Shown here in pieces: positions 38,997 through 48,296 of a stretch of DNA of 64,000 bases. The translations under genes were made by a program, and so were the position numbers. The DNA comes from Thermoplasmata archaeon (GTDB lineage: Archaea; Thermoplasmatota; Thermoplasmata; Lutacidiplasmatales; UBA184): contig JAKIWV010000005.1 of assembly GCA_022749815.1 (NCBI GenBank), positions 23,315-87,314 of the forward strand, written 5' to 3'. The notes beneath the pieces are model-generated. The model ran no database searches and was not told the origin of the DNA. It worked only from the letters and a program-made list of their open reading frames with translations. The first letter of the stretch is position 1, and each line of letters opens with the position of its first letter.

Positions 38997-40880
38997 TCAG
39001 CGGTCCCGAGACCGTTCCCGCGGGGGGGTCGGGGCGGGCTTTTCCGCCGCGGGCTGGTACGGCTCCGCGACGGCCCCTGGAGGGAGCTCTCCGGGGGAGG
39101 GAGCCCCTCCGCTGCGCCGGCTGGCCCGTTCGGAGTACCCCCGTCGGATGTCGGCCGCTTGCTTGGCACTGATCCAGCCGGCAGTGCGGAGCTCGGCGAG
39201 CCCTTCGTCGAACCTCTGGAACAGGTCCGGGTCCACGAGCACATCGGCGGCGCGGCTCAGTTCCTGGGTCGCGACGCTCAGCCAAGGGTCCTTCTGGAGC
39301 GAGTCCTCCATGGTCGACCGTAACACCTTGTCGAACTGGGCGGTCTTCGGCTCGAGGGGGAGGACGACGCCACCGAAGAGGCTCTTTAACGAATCGACGA
39401 ACCCCGTGCCGGTCCGGAGCTGCATCGGCGGGAACACGAGCTGGCGGACGCCGCGCGGTCCTCGGAGGGTCGCCGTCCACAGGGGGAACCAGATCACCCG
39501 CACGTCGTTGAGGGATGGGAGCGGGAGAAAGTAGCCGCCGAGGAGGTTCTTCTGCATCGACCTCGCCGCCACCTGGCCATCGATCCCGTTGATCAGGTCG
39601 GAGGCGGTCCCCAGAAATTCGTCGCGGGCCAGCTCGCGCTCGGCCAGTCGGCCGGCGTGCTCCTTTTCCACCTGACCGGCCCGGGCGATCGAACGTTCGA
39701 GATCTGCGCGGGCCTGGGTATGCACCCGCTCGAGTTCCCGCCGGTGGTCCTCCACGTCACGGTCGGCCTGCCGGATGATCCGATCCGCTTCCCGGCCACG
39801 GGCCACGTGGTGGTCGGTCTCCACCTGTCGGTATTTCGCCCGCTGTAGGAGTGTGTCGGCGGTGGCATACGAGGCCTGCGCATGGGCCGCCTGCGCTTGG
39901 GCAACCCGGATTCCTTCGAGGTGCCCTCGGATCGCTTGCTGGTGCCGGGCTTCGAGGGTGGTCATTTCGGCTTGGATCGATTGCAAGGTCTCTAGCCGCT
40001 CATGCTCGACCACCTCCTGCAGCTGCTGGAGTTCCGCGTCGAGCTCGACGGTCAGCTGGGCGACGCGTTCGACTACTCGTTCGCGGACCCCCGTCAGAGT
40101 GGCCAGGTCTAGCTCGAATCGGTCCAGCCAGCGCTGCATCTGCGCGACGACTTCCTGGTACCAGGGCGCGTCGTGGCGAGCGGGAAGGAATCCGGCATGG
40201 GGGACCTGAGGGTCGCTGCGGAAGTCGCTGTGGGAAAGAACGTCGAAGAGGAGCGGCGGGTCGACTGGGAGGAATCCCTCGACCGTCAACGTCTCCGCCC
40301 CCGGGTCGTGGCCAAACAGGGGAAGAATGCTTCTCGACTGGTTCACGAATTCCGCCGCGGATCCGCGTCGGCCCAGCGTCTGGTGGACCTGATCCATGGG
40401 CGGTAGCAAGGTGTACCGGAAGGTCCGCGTCCACACTCCGGTCCCGTCAAAGATCGCGACCTGAGGCGCGGCGGGGCCCCGCAGCACGATCAATGGCCAG
40501 AAGACACTCGCGATCGCTTCGATCTCCTCGGTCCCCCCGCCGGTGAGCAGGTGGACGAGCCGGCGCCGTTCAGCCTCGACCGCGATCAGGATGGTAGCGA
40601 GTACGATGGAGGCCGGCAGTTCCTCGTGGGTGCCATCCGCGAGCCACCGCATGGCGAACGACAACGTGACCTCGTCCGGCTGCCACGCGGAGGGCGGCTG
40701 GAGTACCGTACCGCGTCTCGGCCCTTGGGCGGCTACCTTGCGGGCGAGCTCGTCGAACGTCGGCTCCACGCGGGCGGCGGGGCGGGGGGGAGTCTCTTGA
40801 CCCGGGGACTTGGAGGCCGGGTCTGGGCCTCGTTCCGGACGCCGGGCAGCAGGCTTGGGTTTGGCCACGGCAACATACAC
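38997..40880 (-). CDS. hypothetical protein with a central coiled coil
   Basis: 627 aa, typical codon usage, about 200-aa helical centre between two globular parts. Confidence 0.8.
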   Translation of the reverse strand: MYVAVAKPKPAARRPERGPDPASKSPGQETPPRPAARVEPTFDELARKVAAQGPRRGTVLQPPSAWQPDEVTLSFAMRWLADGTHEELPASIVLATILIAVEAERRRLVHLLTGGGTEEIEAIASVFWPLIVLRGPAAPQVAIFDGTGVWTRTFRYTLLPPMDQVHQTLGRRGSAAEFVNQSRSILPLFGHDPGAETLTVEGFLPVDPPLLFDVLSHSDFRSDPQVPHAGFLPARHDAPWYQEVVAQMQRWLDRFELDLATLTGVRERVVERVAQLTVELDAELQQLQEVVEHERLETLQSIQAEMTTLEARHQQAIRGHLEGIRVAQAQAAHAQASYATADTLLQRAKYRQVETDHHVARGREADRIIRQADRDVEDHRRELERVHTQARADLERSIARAGQVEKEHAGRLAERELARDEFLGTASDLINGIDGQVAARSMQKNLLGGYFLPLPSLNDVRVIWFPLWTATLRGPRGVRQLVFPPMQLRTGTGFVDSLKSLFGGVVLPLEPKTAQFDKVLRSTMEDSLQKDPWLSVATQELSRAADVLVDPDLFQRFDEGLAELRTAGWISAKQAADIRRGYSERASRRSGGAPSPGELPPGAVAEPYQPAAEKPAPTPPRERSRDR

Positions 40881-40924
40881 GCGAAATCAGGTACTATATA
40901 CCGGCGGGGGAACTCGCACGTGTC

Positions 40925-41353
40925 GTGCGACGACGACCCGCGGGCCCCGCTCTGACCGTCGACGCGGTCTGGCTGGCCGGAGATCGTATCCTCCTGGTTC
41001 GCCGGCGATACGCCCCATTCCGCGGTCGTTGGGCGTTCCCCGGCGGCTTCGTGGAACCAGGCGAGACCGTGGAAGCGGCGGTCCTCCGGGAGCTGTTCGA
41101 GGAGACGGGACTCCATGCGGGCGGACTCCGGCTTCTAGGAGTCTATTCGCGTCCGGGACGAGACCCTCGGGGACCCACCGTGACGGTCGCGTTCCGCGTG
41201 CGCGGACCGCCTTGTCCGCCGCTGGGGTCGTCCGACGCGGCCGACGCCCGTTGGGTCTCCCTCCGCCGGGCGCGGCATCTCGCATTCGACCATGACGAGA
41301 TCTTGCAAGACGCGTTACGCACTCGGCGACGCGGGATGGGCCGTCGCGGCTAA
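40925..41353 (+). CDS. NUDIX hydrolase
   Basis: PGGFVEPGETVEAAVLRELFEETGL; RDPRG; LAFDH. Confidence 0.95.
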   Translation: MRRRPAGPALTVDAVWLAGDRILLVRRRYAPFRGRWAFPGGFVEPGETVEAAVLRELFEETGLHAGGLRLLGVYSRPGRDPRGPTVTVAFRVRGPPCPPLGSSDAADARWVSLRRARHLAFDHDEILQDALRTRRRGMGRRG

Positions 41354-41523
41354 CGGCGCTTTGCAGCCACTGGGGGGGACTCTTTGTCCCGAGCGTATCG
41401 GCTATACGACGCGTCGCTGGCTCGCTTCAAGCGGGCGCCGTCACGGTCGCACGTTGGCCGAGAGCTCGCCGGGACGTCGATGACATAGCCGCCCCCGCAC
41501 TTTGGACATTCATAGTAGGGCAT
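41350..41523 (-). CDS. small zinc-ribbon-like protein (57 aa)
   Basis: MPYYECPKCGG...PTCDRDG; TTTATAA box upstream. Confidence 0.7.
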   Translation of the reverse strand: MPYYECPKCGGGYVIDVPASSRPTCDRDGARLKRASDASYSRYARDKESPPVAAKRR

Positions 41524-41597
41524 TGTAGGAATCCTCGGAGCAGGAGTGCGTCGGGGCTTTATAAGCACCGGGAACGCCCGGGTAAGCGGTCCGGACC

Positions 41598-42563
41598 GTG
41601 CCGTTCCCAAGGAATCCACCTGACGCCCGTCGCCGACGCCGGGACCGCACTGGACCGGCTCGCCCCGCCCCGGGGTGGGGCGTCAGGTCTGGCCGCCACC
41701 GCTTCCTGGAGTGGGATGACTATCGCGTCGAACGGGAGTGGAAGCGGTATGATGGCACCCCGCTCCGCGACCTGTTTCGCGAGCTGAGAGAACGATTCCT
41801 CGCGCGTCACCGGCCGACGCGGCCCGGTCGGAGTCTCGAGGTCGGTCCCGGGCCGGGCCGGTTCACCCGTCTGGTGGGCCATCCGGAAGACCGGGTGTCG
41901 CTTCTCGAACTCTCCCGTGCCATGCTCGAACGCATCCGGATCGACGGGCCGATTGGGCATCGGGCGGGCCTCGACTTGATTCAGGGGGACGCGGTGTCGC
42001 CTCCCTTTCGGCCGCGAACCTTTCACCGCGTAATCTTACTCGGAAATGTCCTCGGTTTCGCAGAGGACGACGCGGAGGAGTTATTGAGTCGCCTCACGGC
42101 CCTCGTCTCGCCCGGAGGCCGAGTGTTGATCGAGTTCGTTGCAGGACCGGGCGAACGTTCACGCTACCTTCACCGGCTCCCGCCCGGGGCCATCGCCCGG
42201 CTGCTCGCTGCGCCGGTGCGGGCCGTCCGGCCGAGGGTCGAGCGAGAGGGGTTCGTCCGGATCCGGGAACGCGAATCTGGCGGCCGGCACTTCCGGAGAT
42301 TCGCACCGGCGGAGGTCGTAGGCCGGCTCCGGTCGGCCGGGTTCGAGCTGCGCGAGATCCTCGCGGTGGCGCCCGGTCTCGGGAACGATGCAGGCCGGCT
42401 GGGCGGGGTGCGGGCCGCGCCGGTCGCTTGGGGACATCTCCTGGAATTGGAAGAAGCGCTCGGGGGCGAGCCCCACCGCCACGAGGACGCGGCGGCGATT
42501 CTCCTCGCCGCCGAACGAACCCAGACCGGAGCCCCGGACCCCCACATGCGTACGATTAAGTAA
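41598..42563 (+). CDS. class I SAM-dependent methyltransferase
   Basis: LEVGPGPGRFT, ELS..ML, QGDA..PPF, PGG. Confidence 0.85.
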   Translation: MPFPRNPPDARRRRRDRTGPARPAPGWGVRSGRHRFLEWDDYRVEREWKRYDGTPLRDLFRELRERFLARHRPTRPGRSLEVGPGPGRFTRLVGHPEDRVSLLELSRAMLERIRIDGPIGHRAGLDLIQGDAVSPPFRPRTFHRVILLGNVLGFAEDDAEELLSRLTALVSPGGRVLIEFVAGPGERSRYLHRLPPGAIARLLAAPVRAVRPRVEREGFVRIRERESGGRHFRRFAPAEVVGRLRSAGFELREILAVAPGLGNDAGRLGGVRAAPVAWGHLLELEEALGGEPHRHEDAAAILLAAERTQTGAPDPHMRTIK

Positions 42564-42596
42564 CGGCGCCACCGCTCTAACCCACAGGCGGACTCC

Positions 42597-45356
42597 GTGG
42601 CCAAACAACGGTCCCGGGCCACCCGTGGCCCTTCTAATTCTGAAGCCGCGCCGGCCCCGACGCCTCGGGTTCCTATTCGCCCCTCTCCGGCCGAAGTGGA
42701 GCGCGCCCGTCAGGACGCCCTCACTCAGCTCAAGATCGGGCGGTCCGCCCACTATTACAGTGTCGCCGTCTCCGTCGCGCTTCTGATCGATGCGTTTCTG
42801 GTGCTCTACCTTCAGCCGGGATTGCGCATCACCGCCGCTCCGATTCTTGTCACGCTGTTCCCGGTCATCTTCCCATTGATTGGTGGCCTCTACTTGTCCG
42901 TTCTCGGCGTACAGGTGAAGTGGCAGACCGACCGGTTCTCCTTCGATGAACCGCACTTTCTCGTCACGTTGGGAGCTCTGGCACTCAACGTAGTCCTGAC
43001 AGCGCTCTTCATCGCCCGGCTGGCCCAATACGGCCCGACAGGCCATTGGAATCTCCTGCCCACGTTCTACCCGTTGGCGCTTCTCGGGATCGCGCTGCCC
43101 CTCGTCGGAATGGCGCTCACTTGGGAAGAGTGGAGCCAGCGAAAGATTGCGTCCATCGTGGCGGCGGTCCTTCCGGTCCCCATCGCCCTAGGACTGTACC
43201 TTCCGGCAGTAAGTCAGAGCCCCACCGCGGCCGCGAGCGCGCTGGCGACCACCTTTTTCGTCGGAGCGGCGCTGTTCCAGACCGCTGGCTCGTTCCTTCA
43301 TCTGATCTCCTCGGGAACCGAGGTGCACGAACGAGAGGTGATGCAGGGTGGCCAGGGACAGCTGGCCGTGTTCGCCGAGGAGCTTCAGCGCCGGGACCAG
43401 GCCCTATCGTTCCGAGAGCAGTCGCTGATCCACCGCGAGGCGGACGTCGAGAGCAGCACGGCGGCCCTCCAGGACCGAACGCGCTCCCTCCAGACCGACC
43501 GGAGCGTCCTCGACGCGTTTGAAGTCGATGTCCGGAAACGGGCAGCCGAGCTCGGTCAACGCGAGCAGGGAGCCCAGCTTGCCGCCGCACGGGCGGACAC
43601 GGCGCGGCAGTCTGCCGAGGAAAAGGACGCCACCTTCAAGCTCCAGATCCAACAGCTGGCGAGCCGGCAGCAACGACTCATCGAGCGAGAGAAGTCGGTC
43701 GGCGACCGCGAGTCGGACCTCGCCCGGCGAGAGCTCGAGGTGAAGAGTGGCGGGGACGACCAGGCCCAACGTTCGGAGGAGCTAAGGGTGCTCGACGCCC
43801 GCCTCGCGGCCCGTCAGAAGCAACTCGAACAGAAGACGGCGGAGATCATGCGGCTCGAGAGCGACCTCCGCGCCCGGAACGGCTTGGCCACCGTGGCGAC
43901 GGCCGACCGCACTTCGCTCGCCGCCAAAACGCAAGAGGTGGCCCGGCGCGAGGTCGAGCTGACCCAGCTGAAAGCGCGTCTGGAAGACGACCGGTTGGCG
44001 TTGCAATCTCGTACCAAGCAGTTGGAGGGCTCGTTCGAAGAGGCGAAGAAAGCTCGCGACGAGCTCGGTCGTCGAGAGCACGCGCTGACGATCCGGGACC
44101 TTTCCGTGAAACAGCTCGAGACGGAGTCGAGCCAGAAGGCCGAGGCCGCTCGGCAGCTTCAAACGCAGTATCAAGAGGCAGTCAAACGGGCGGAAGACCG
44201 ACTACGCCAGCTCGACGAGCGCGAGGGGAAGGTCGGTGTCCAAGTCGGAGAGGTCGACCGGATCGGCCAGCTCGTTGCGAGTCGAGAAACTGCGCTCAAG
44301 GACAAGGAGGCCGAGATTTCCCGGCTTCGGGATGATCTCACCCGCCGGGAGCGCAACCTGATCGAGCGCGAACGGACGACGGAGTCGAAGGAGTCTGAGC
44401 TGTCGGTCCGGTCACTGTCGATGGAGAAATGGCCGGTACTGGCCGCCGGGGGCAAAGGCTCTCGCGCCGACTCCGGCCTGGCCGACCGCGAGCGGATCCT
44501 CGACATCCGCGAGAAACAACTGAAGGAGAAGGAGCAGGCGCTCATCCGCCAACGGGCGGAGTTGGGCGCCACGATCGGCGGCACAGGAGAGAGCACCCTC
44601 GCGCCTCCTACGGTGACCCGGCACACCGACCGGCTCCCGACCGGTACTCCCCGGCTTGACGATCTCCTCGCCGGCGGGTATCCGGCCAAAGCCCACGTGC
44701 TCCTGGTCGGACCGGCGTTTACGGGAAAGGAGATCCTCCTCTACTCGTTCATCGCCGAAGGGCTCCGGCGGGGAGAGCCCGCGGTGCTCGTTACGACCAC
44801 GCGCTCGCCCGATGAGATCGCCGCGGAGATCGGGAAGGTCACGCCGCAATTCAAGGAGTACGAGCAGCTCGGACTGGTCACTTGGATCGATGCGTCGAAC
44901 CCGGCCGCCGAACCGGCCACTGCCTCGGGCGGTTCCCGCGTCGTCGTGCGCGGCCCGTCCGACCATCCGGCGATCCTGACCGCGCTCGTCAAGGCCGGCC
45001 AGACGGCCGAGAAAGCGAAGGCCGGAGGATTCCGGGTCGGGTTCCTGAATCTGTCGACGTGCCTCGCCCAGAGCGACGAGAAGGAGGCGTTCTCGTTCTT
45101 CCAGAACTTCGTCGGCATTCTGAAGGCTCGTCCGGCCCTCGCCGTCTACCTGGTGGACCAAGGAACGGTGCCGGACGCCCGCGTCGAGGTGGCGCAGAGC
45201 CGCATCGACGGTGCGATCCGGTTCAAGCAGGACCGCGACCGGGCCTACCTCTCGGTCCAGGGTCTCGGGGACGTACAGACCCGCGACTGGGTGGAGTACC
45301 GCGCGACGAACCGCCAGCTCATCATCGGCTCGTTCGCCCTCGAACGGATCCGCTAG
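42597..45356 (+). CDS. membrane-anchored coiled-coil protein with C-terminal KaiC/RAD55-like ATPase domain
   Basis: About 6 TMs, about 400-aa heptad region, PTG.PRLDDLL.GG.P, GPAFTGKE, DG.IRF, C-terminal ERIR. Confidence 0.85.
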   Translation: MAKQRSRATRGPSNSEAAPAPTPRVPIRPSPAEVERARQDALTQLKIGRSAHYYSVAVSVALLIDAFLVLYLQPGLRITAAPILVTLFPVIFPLIGGLYLSVLGVQVKWQTDRFSFDEPHFLVTLGALALNVVLTALFIARLAQYGPTGHWNLLPTFYPLALLGIALPLVGMALTWEEWSQRKIASIVAAVLPVPIALGLYLPAVSQSPTAAASALATTFFVGAALFQTAGSFLHLISSGTEVHEREVMQGGQGQLAVFAEELQRRDQALSFREQSLIHREADVESSTAALQDRTRSLQTDRSVLDAFEVDVRKRAAELGQREQGAQLAAARADTARQSAEEKDATFKLQIQQLASRQQRLIEREKSVGDRESDLARRELEVKSGGDDQAQRSEELRVLDARLAARQKQLEQKTAEIMRLESDLRARNGLATVATADRTSLAAKTQEVARREVELTQLKARLEDDRLALQSRTKQLEGSFEEAKKARDELGRREHALTIRDLSVKQLETESSQKAEAARQLQTQYQEAVKRAEDRLRQLDEREGKVGVQVGEVDRIGQLVASRETALKDKEAEISRLRDDLTRRERNLIERERTTESKESELSVRSLSMEKWPVLAAGGKGSRADSGLADRERILDIREKQLKEKEQALIRQRAELGATIGGTGESTLAPPTVTRHTDRLPTGTPRLDDLLAGGYPAKAHVLLVGPAFTGKEILLYSFIAEGLRRGEPAVLVTTTRSPDEIAAEIGKVTPQFKEYEQLGLVTWIDASNPAAEPATASGGSRVVVRGPSDHPAILTALVKAGQTAEKAKAGGFRVGFLNLSTCLAQSDEKEAFSFFQNFVGILKARPALAVYLVDQGTVPDARVEVAQSRIDGAIRFKQDRDRAYLSVQGLGDVQTRDWVEYRATNRQLIIGSFALERIR

Positions 45357-46054
45357 AACCTGGGAAAGCCGGCGAGCAGCTCGTCGATCGCGCCGGACGG
45401 ATCCTCTGCGCGGGCCACCGCGCTCGACACGAGGATGCCTTCGGCCCCCAGCTCGAAGGCCCGCCGAACATCCTGCCGGTCGTGGATCCCGGCGCCGCAT
45501 AGAATGTGCGTCCTCGGCGAGGTCTCGAGGACCGCGGCCACCGTGCCAGAGATCACTTCCGGTCGCGCGGTCGAAACCGACAGGGGTCCCCCGATCAGCT
45601 CCGGCGGCTCGACGGCGAGGTACTTCGGGTGGAACCGCGCGAGCAGGCGGGACTGGGGTACGTCTCGGGCACAGACGACGGCCACGAGGTCCAGCGCATC
45701 CAGCCGCTGGACTGTGGCAGCGATCGTGTCCGGCCCGAGGGGATGTTCGGAGTGGTTGACCAGGCTCCCCCGACCTCCCACCGCCGCGATCGCCTCGGGC
45801 AGTAGGTACCCCGTGCGGGCGCCGGCCTCGAGCGGGTCGGTGTGCTGCGCGAGAACGGGGAGCCGGAGCGCGTGGGCCAGGACGCCAAGATCCGGGGCGG
45901 CCGGCGCGACGGCCCCCGCGATGCCGGCGGCGGCGAGCCGGCGCTCGAAGGTGAGGCCTATTTCCGTCGCCCCGGCTCCGAGCCGCTCGCCATAGGCCTT
46001 GAGGTTCAGGATGAACAGGGGAAGGCCTAGCGGAGCCGCGTCAGTGAACGGCAG
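45353..46054 (-). CDS. tpiA: triosephosphate isomerase (archaeal type)
   Basis: NLKAY, AQH.D, NHSE, AVEPPELIG, LCGAGI; start codon uncertain. Confidence 0.93.
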   Translation of the reverse strand: MPFTDAAPLGLPLFILNLKAYGERLGAGATEIGLTFERRLAAAGIAGAVAPAAPDLGVLAHALRLPVLAQHTDPLEAGARTGYLLPEAIAAVGGRGSLVNHSEHPLGPDTIAATVQRLDALDLVAVVCARDVPQSRLLARFHPKYLAVEPPELIGGPLSVSTARPEVISGTVAAVLETSPRTHILCGAGIHDRQDVRRAFELGAEGILVSSAVARAEDPSGAIDELLAGFPRF

Positions 46055-46250
46055 CGGCCTTCGCGCGCTTGGGCCGGGAGCAGATGGCGTACTCGTCCCC
46101 ATCGAAGAAGACCTCGCGCTCCGGGTGCTTGCGCTGGAGCTCGGAGATCTTCGAAAGGACGTCCTCGAGCGTCGTGCTTTCATCGTTCGGGTCAATCCTC
46201 AGATGGACGGTCTTCTCGGATTTTTCGGGCCGATGACCTGCTGCCGCCAT
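46041..46250 (-). CDS. small hypothetical protein (69 aa)
   Basis: ATG start; HPEREVFFDGDEYAIC; adjacent to tpiA. Confidence 0.7.
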   Translation of the reverse strand: MAAAGHRPEKSEKTVHLRIDPNDESTTLEDVLSKISELQRKHPEREVFFDGDEYAICSRPKRAKAAAVH

Positions 46251-46361
46251 GAGGTACCGGGCCAGCGGCCTACCCGCCGCGCGCATAAAAAAGGCTTCAT
46301 CGAGGGCCGGGGCGCAATCTTTAGGCGGCGGACGCCCTCGTCGCGAGCGGGAGCCGACCCA

Positions 46362-46640
46362 GTGAAGGACCGTAACGAACTGACCCGGGTGGTGTTCAAT
46401 CAGACCCGGGTCATCCTCGTACGGGACCTATCGATCATGAATCCGAACCTCATCCCGGGGGCCTCCGGCCTGGTGGTCGGAAAGATCGCGAACTACACCC
46501 TCAAGGTCGCTTTCCCGAAGGTGACAGTGGGCATCAACTGGCGCGACTGCGACATCGTCGAGGGCAAGACGGGAATGCCCACGGAAGCGGAGCAGCCCAA
46601 GACGATCCCGGCTTCCGGGTCGCGGCTGACCCAAGAGTAA
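46362..46640 (+). CDS. hypothetical protein (possible SH3-like beta barrel)
   Basis: GTG after GGAG; RVIL....L.PG..G.VVG.....V.F pattern. Confidence 0.6.
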   Translation: MKDRNELTRVVFNQTRVILVRDLSIMNPNLIPGASGLVVGKIANYTLKVAFPKVTVGINWRDCDIVEGKTGMPTEAEQPKTIPASGSRLTQE

Positions 46641-46661
46641 TCCGTCTCTCCTCTGACTCGC

Positions 46662-48062
46662 TCACTCGAGCGCGGCGATCGGGCGGCCCTGCATCGTGTC
46701 GGGGACCGGAATCCCCAGGTGCTTGAGCAGCGTGGGGGCCACGTCGATGATCCGCTGGGGGGGCAGATGCTCCGTCCCGGGCCGCCGGGGGTCGGCGAAG
46801 GCGAAGAGGCCATCGAAGGAATGAACCGCGTCGTCTGGGCCGGTGTCGTTCTCGGTCAGGAAAAGGCCGGGGTGACCGACGGTGCCCGCTGAGCGCCATC
46901 GCAAGTCACCGAAATAGAGCATGAGGTCGGGCGGGTCGCTCTGGACGGAACGGTACGTCTGCGCCGGTTCGAGGACTCGCACCCCCAACGGCGCCCCATC
47001 CGGTCGCCGCACGGCCCCGAGCTCCCGGGTCAGTCGCAGGATCAACGCGGGAATCTCGGCCGGGGCCAGCCGGCCCTCGGGCTCTCGGCCTCGGAGATTG
47101 AAGAAGATCCGGGCGTAGTATCCTCCAGCGCCCCACGCGGTGGTGTGGTTCCAGTCCACGTCGAGCTGCTCGAAGGGGGTGCCCGGCTCGGGCGAGCGCG
47201 TTCGGAGGCGGAGAAACCCCTGCTGCTGCAGCCACTGGTTGATGGCGAAGCAGCCGTGCATGGCCATGCTGCCGTGGTCCGACGCCACGAAGATCGTTAC
47301 GTCCTCCGGCACGTGGTCGAGGAAGGCTCCGATCTCCTCGTCGAGCATCGCATAGTATCGGTCGGCCACGTCGGCGTACTCGGACGATGCGACGTACCGC
47401 GGATGCGCGGGGTCAAAGAACTTCCAAAACGCGTGGTGCAACCGGTCCGGGCCGATCTCGTGGAGCGCGAAAAGGTCCCAGGGCTCCTTTTGCCACAGGG
47501 TACGCGCGAGGGCGAACCGCTTCCGGGTCATCGCGAAGAGCTCCCGCTCGACCCGCGGTCGGTCCTCCGCCCGGAAAGTGATATCGAAGTCGTACCCCCC
47601 CGGGATGGCTTCGATCTCGGGGACGAGCGAGGCCGGCGTCACGAAATCCTTCGCCCCGTCGGGGGTCAGAAAATCGGAGACGTAGATCCCGTTCACCGTC
47701 GGTGGCGGGTAGCCGGGCGGCATCCCGATGACCGCCACGCGGCGCCCGAGGCGCGACAGGGTCTCCCACAGCGGCGGAGACCGGAGCATTTGTGGCGTCG
47801 GCGTGTACATTTCCAGATAAGAGCCGGGCCTCCGGTGTCGGAAACCGTAGAGCCCGAGGGTTCCCGGATCCATTCCGGTGAACATCACGGCCCAGGCCGG
47901 CACCGTGATCGGCGGGTCCGTGCTGAGGAGGGTACCGAAGCGAGAGCGGTCGAGGACGGTTTTCAATCGGGGCATCCGGGGCAAGTACCGTTCGAACAGA
48001 AACTCGGGGGGAACCGAGTCCAGTCCCAGCACCAGGAGTCGACGGCGCCTGGGGTCCACCAA
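46662..48062 (-). CDS. alkaline phosphatase superfamily (nucleotide pyrophosphatase-like) protein
   Basis: VLGLDS, ST.PP.T.PAW, D.LHH.FW, SDHG, H...G, I.DVAPTLL. Confidence 0.9.
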   Translation of the reverse strand: MVDPRRRRLLVLGLDSVPPEFLFERYLPRMPRLKTVLDRSRFGTLLSTDPPITVPAWAVMFTGMDPGTLGLYGFRHRRPGSYLEMYTPTPQMLRSPPLWETLSRLGRRVAVIGMPPGYPPPTVNGIYVSDFLTPDGAKDFVTPASLVPEIEAIPGGYDFDITFRAEDRPRVERELFAMTRKRFALARTLWQKEPWDLFALHEIGPDRLHHAFWKFFDPAHPRYVASSEYADVADRYYAMLDEEIGAFLDHVPEDVTIFVASDHGSMAMHGCFAINQWLQQQGFLRLRTRSPEPGTPFEQLDVDWNHTTAWGAGGYYARIFFNLRGREPEGRLAPAEIPALILRLTRELGAVRRPDGAPLGVRVLEPAQTYRSVQSDPPDLMLYFGDLRWRSAGTVGHPGLFLTENDTGPDDAVHSFDGLFAFADPRRPGTEHLPPQRIIDVAPTLLKHLGIPVPDTMQGRPIAALE

Positions 48063-48106
48063 CCGGCGGAGATGTCCGGGCTCAAACGGTTATCGTTGGA
48101 GGCGGC

Positions 48107-48256
48107 CTATCGTCCGATGTCGGACGCTACATTCCGACGTTCGCGTCGCTGGATCCGCCAGCGGGTCACCAGAAACACGATGATGACGAAGGCGAGACCG
48201 AAGAGGAGGCCAAGGGCAAAGAAGGCGACGGGGGACAACACGGCTTCAAGAAGCAT
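48107..48256 (-). CDS. small single-TM protein (49 aa)
   Basis: MLLEAVLSPVAFFALGLLFGLAFVIIVFLVTRWRIQRRERRNVASDIGR*; TM plus positive-inside tail. Confidence 0.55.
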   Translation of the reverse strand: MLLEAVLSPVAFFALGLLFGLAFVIIVFLVTRWRIQRRERRNVASDIGR

Positions 48257-48296
48257 CGTCGGCGCTTAGATAGTCTCGCTCGACTCGCCGACCGCC

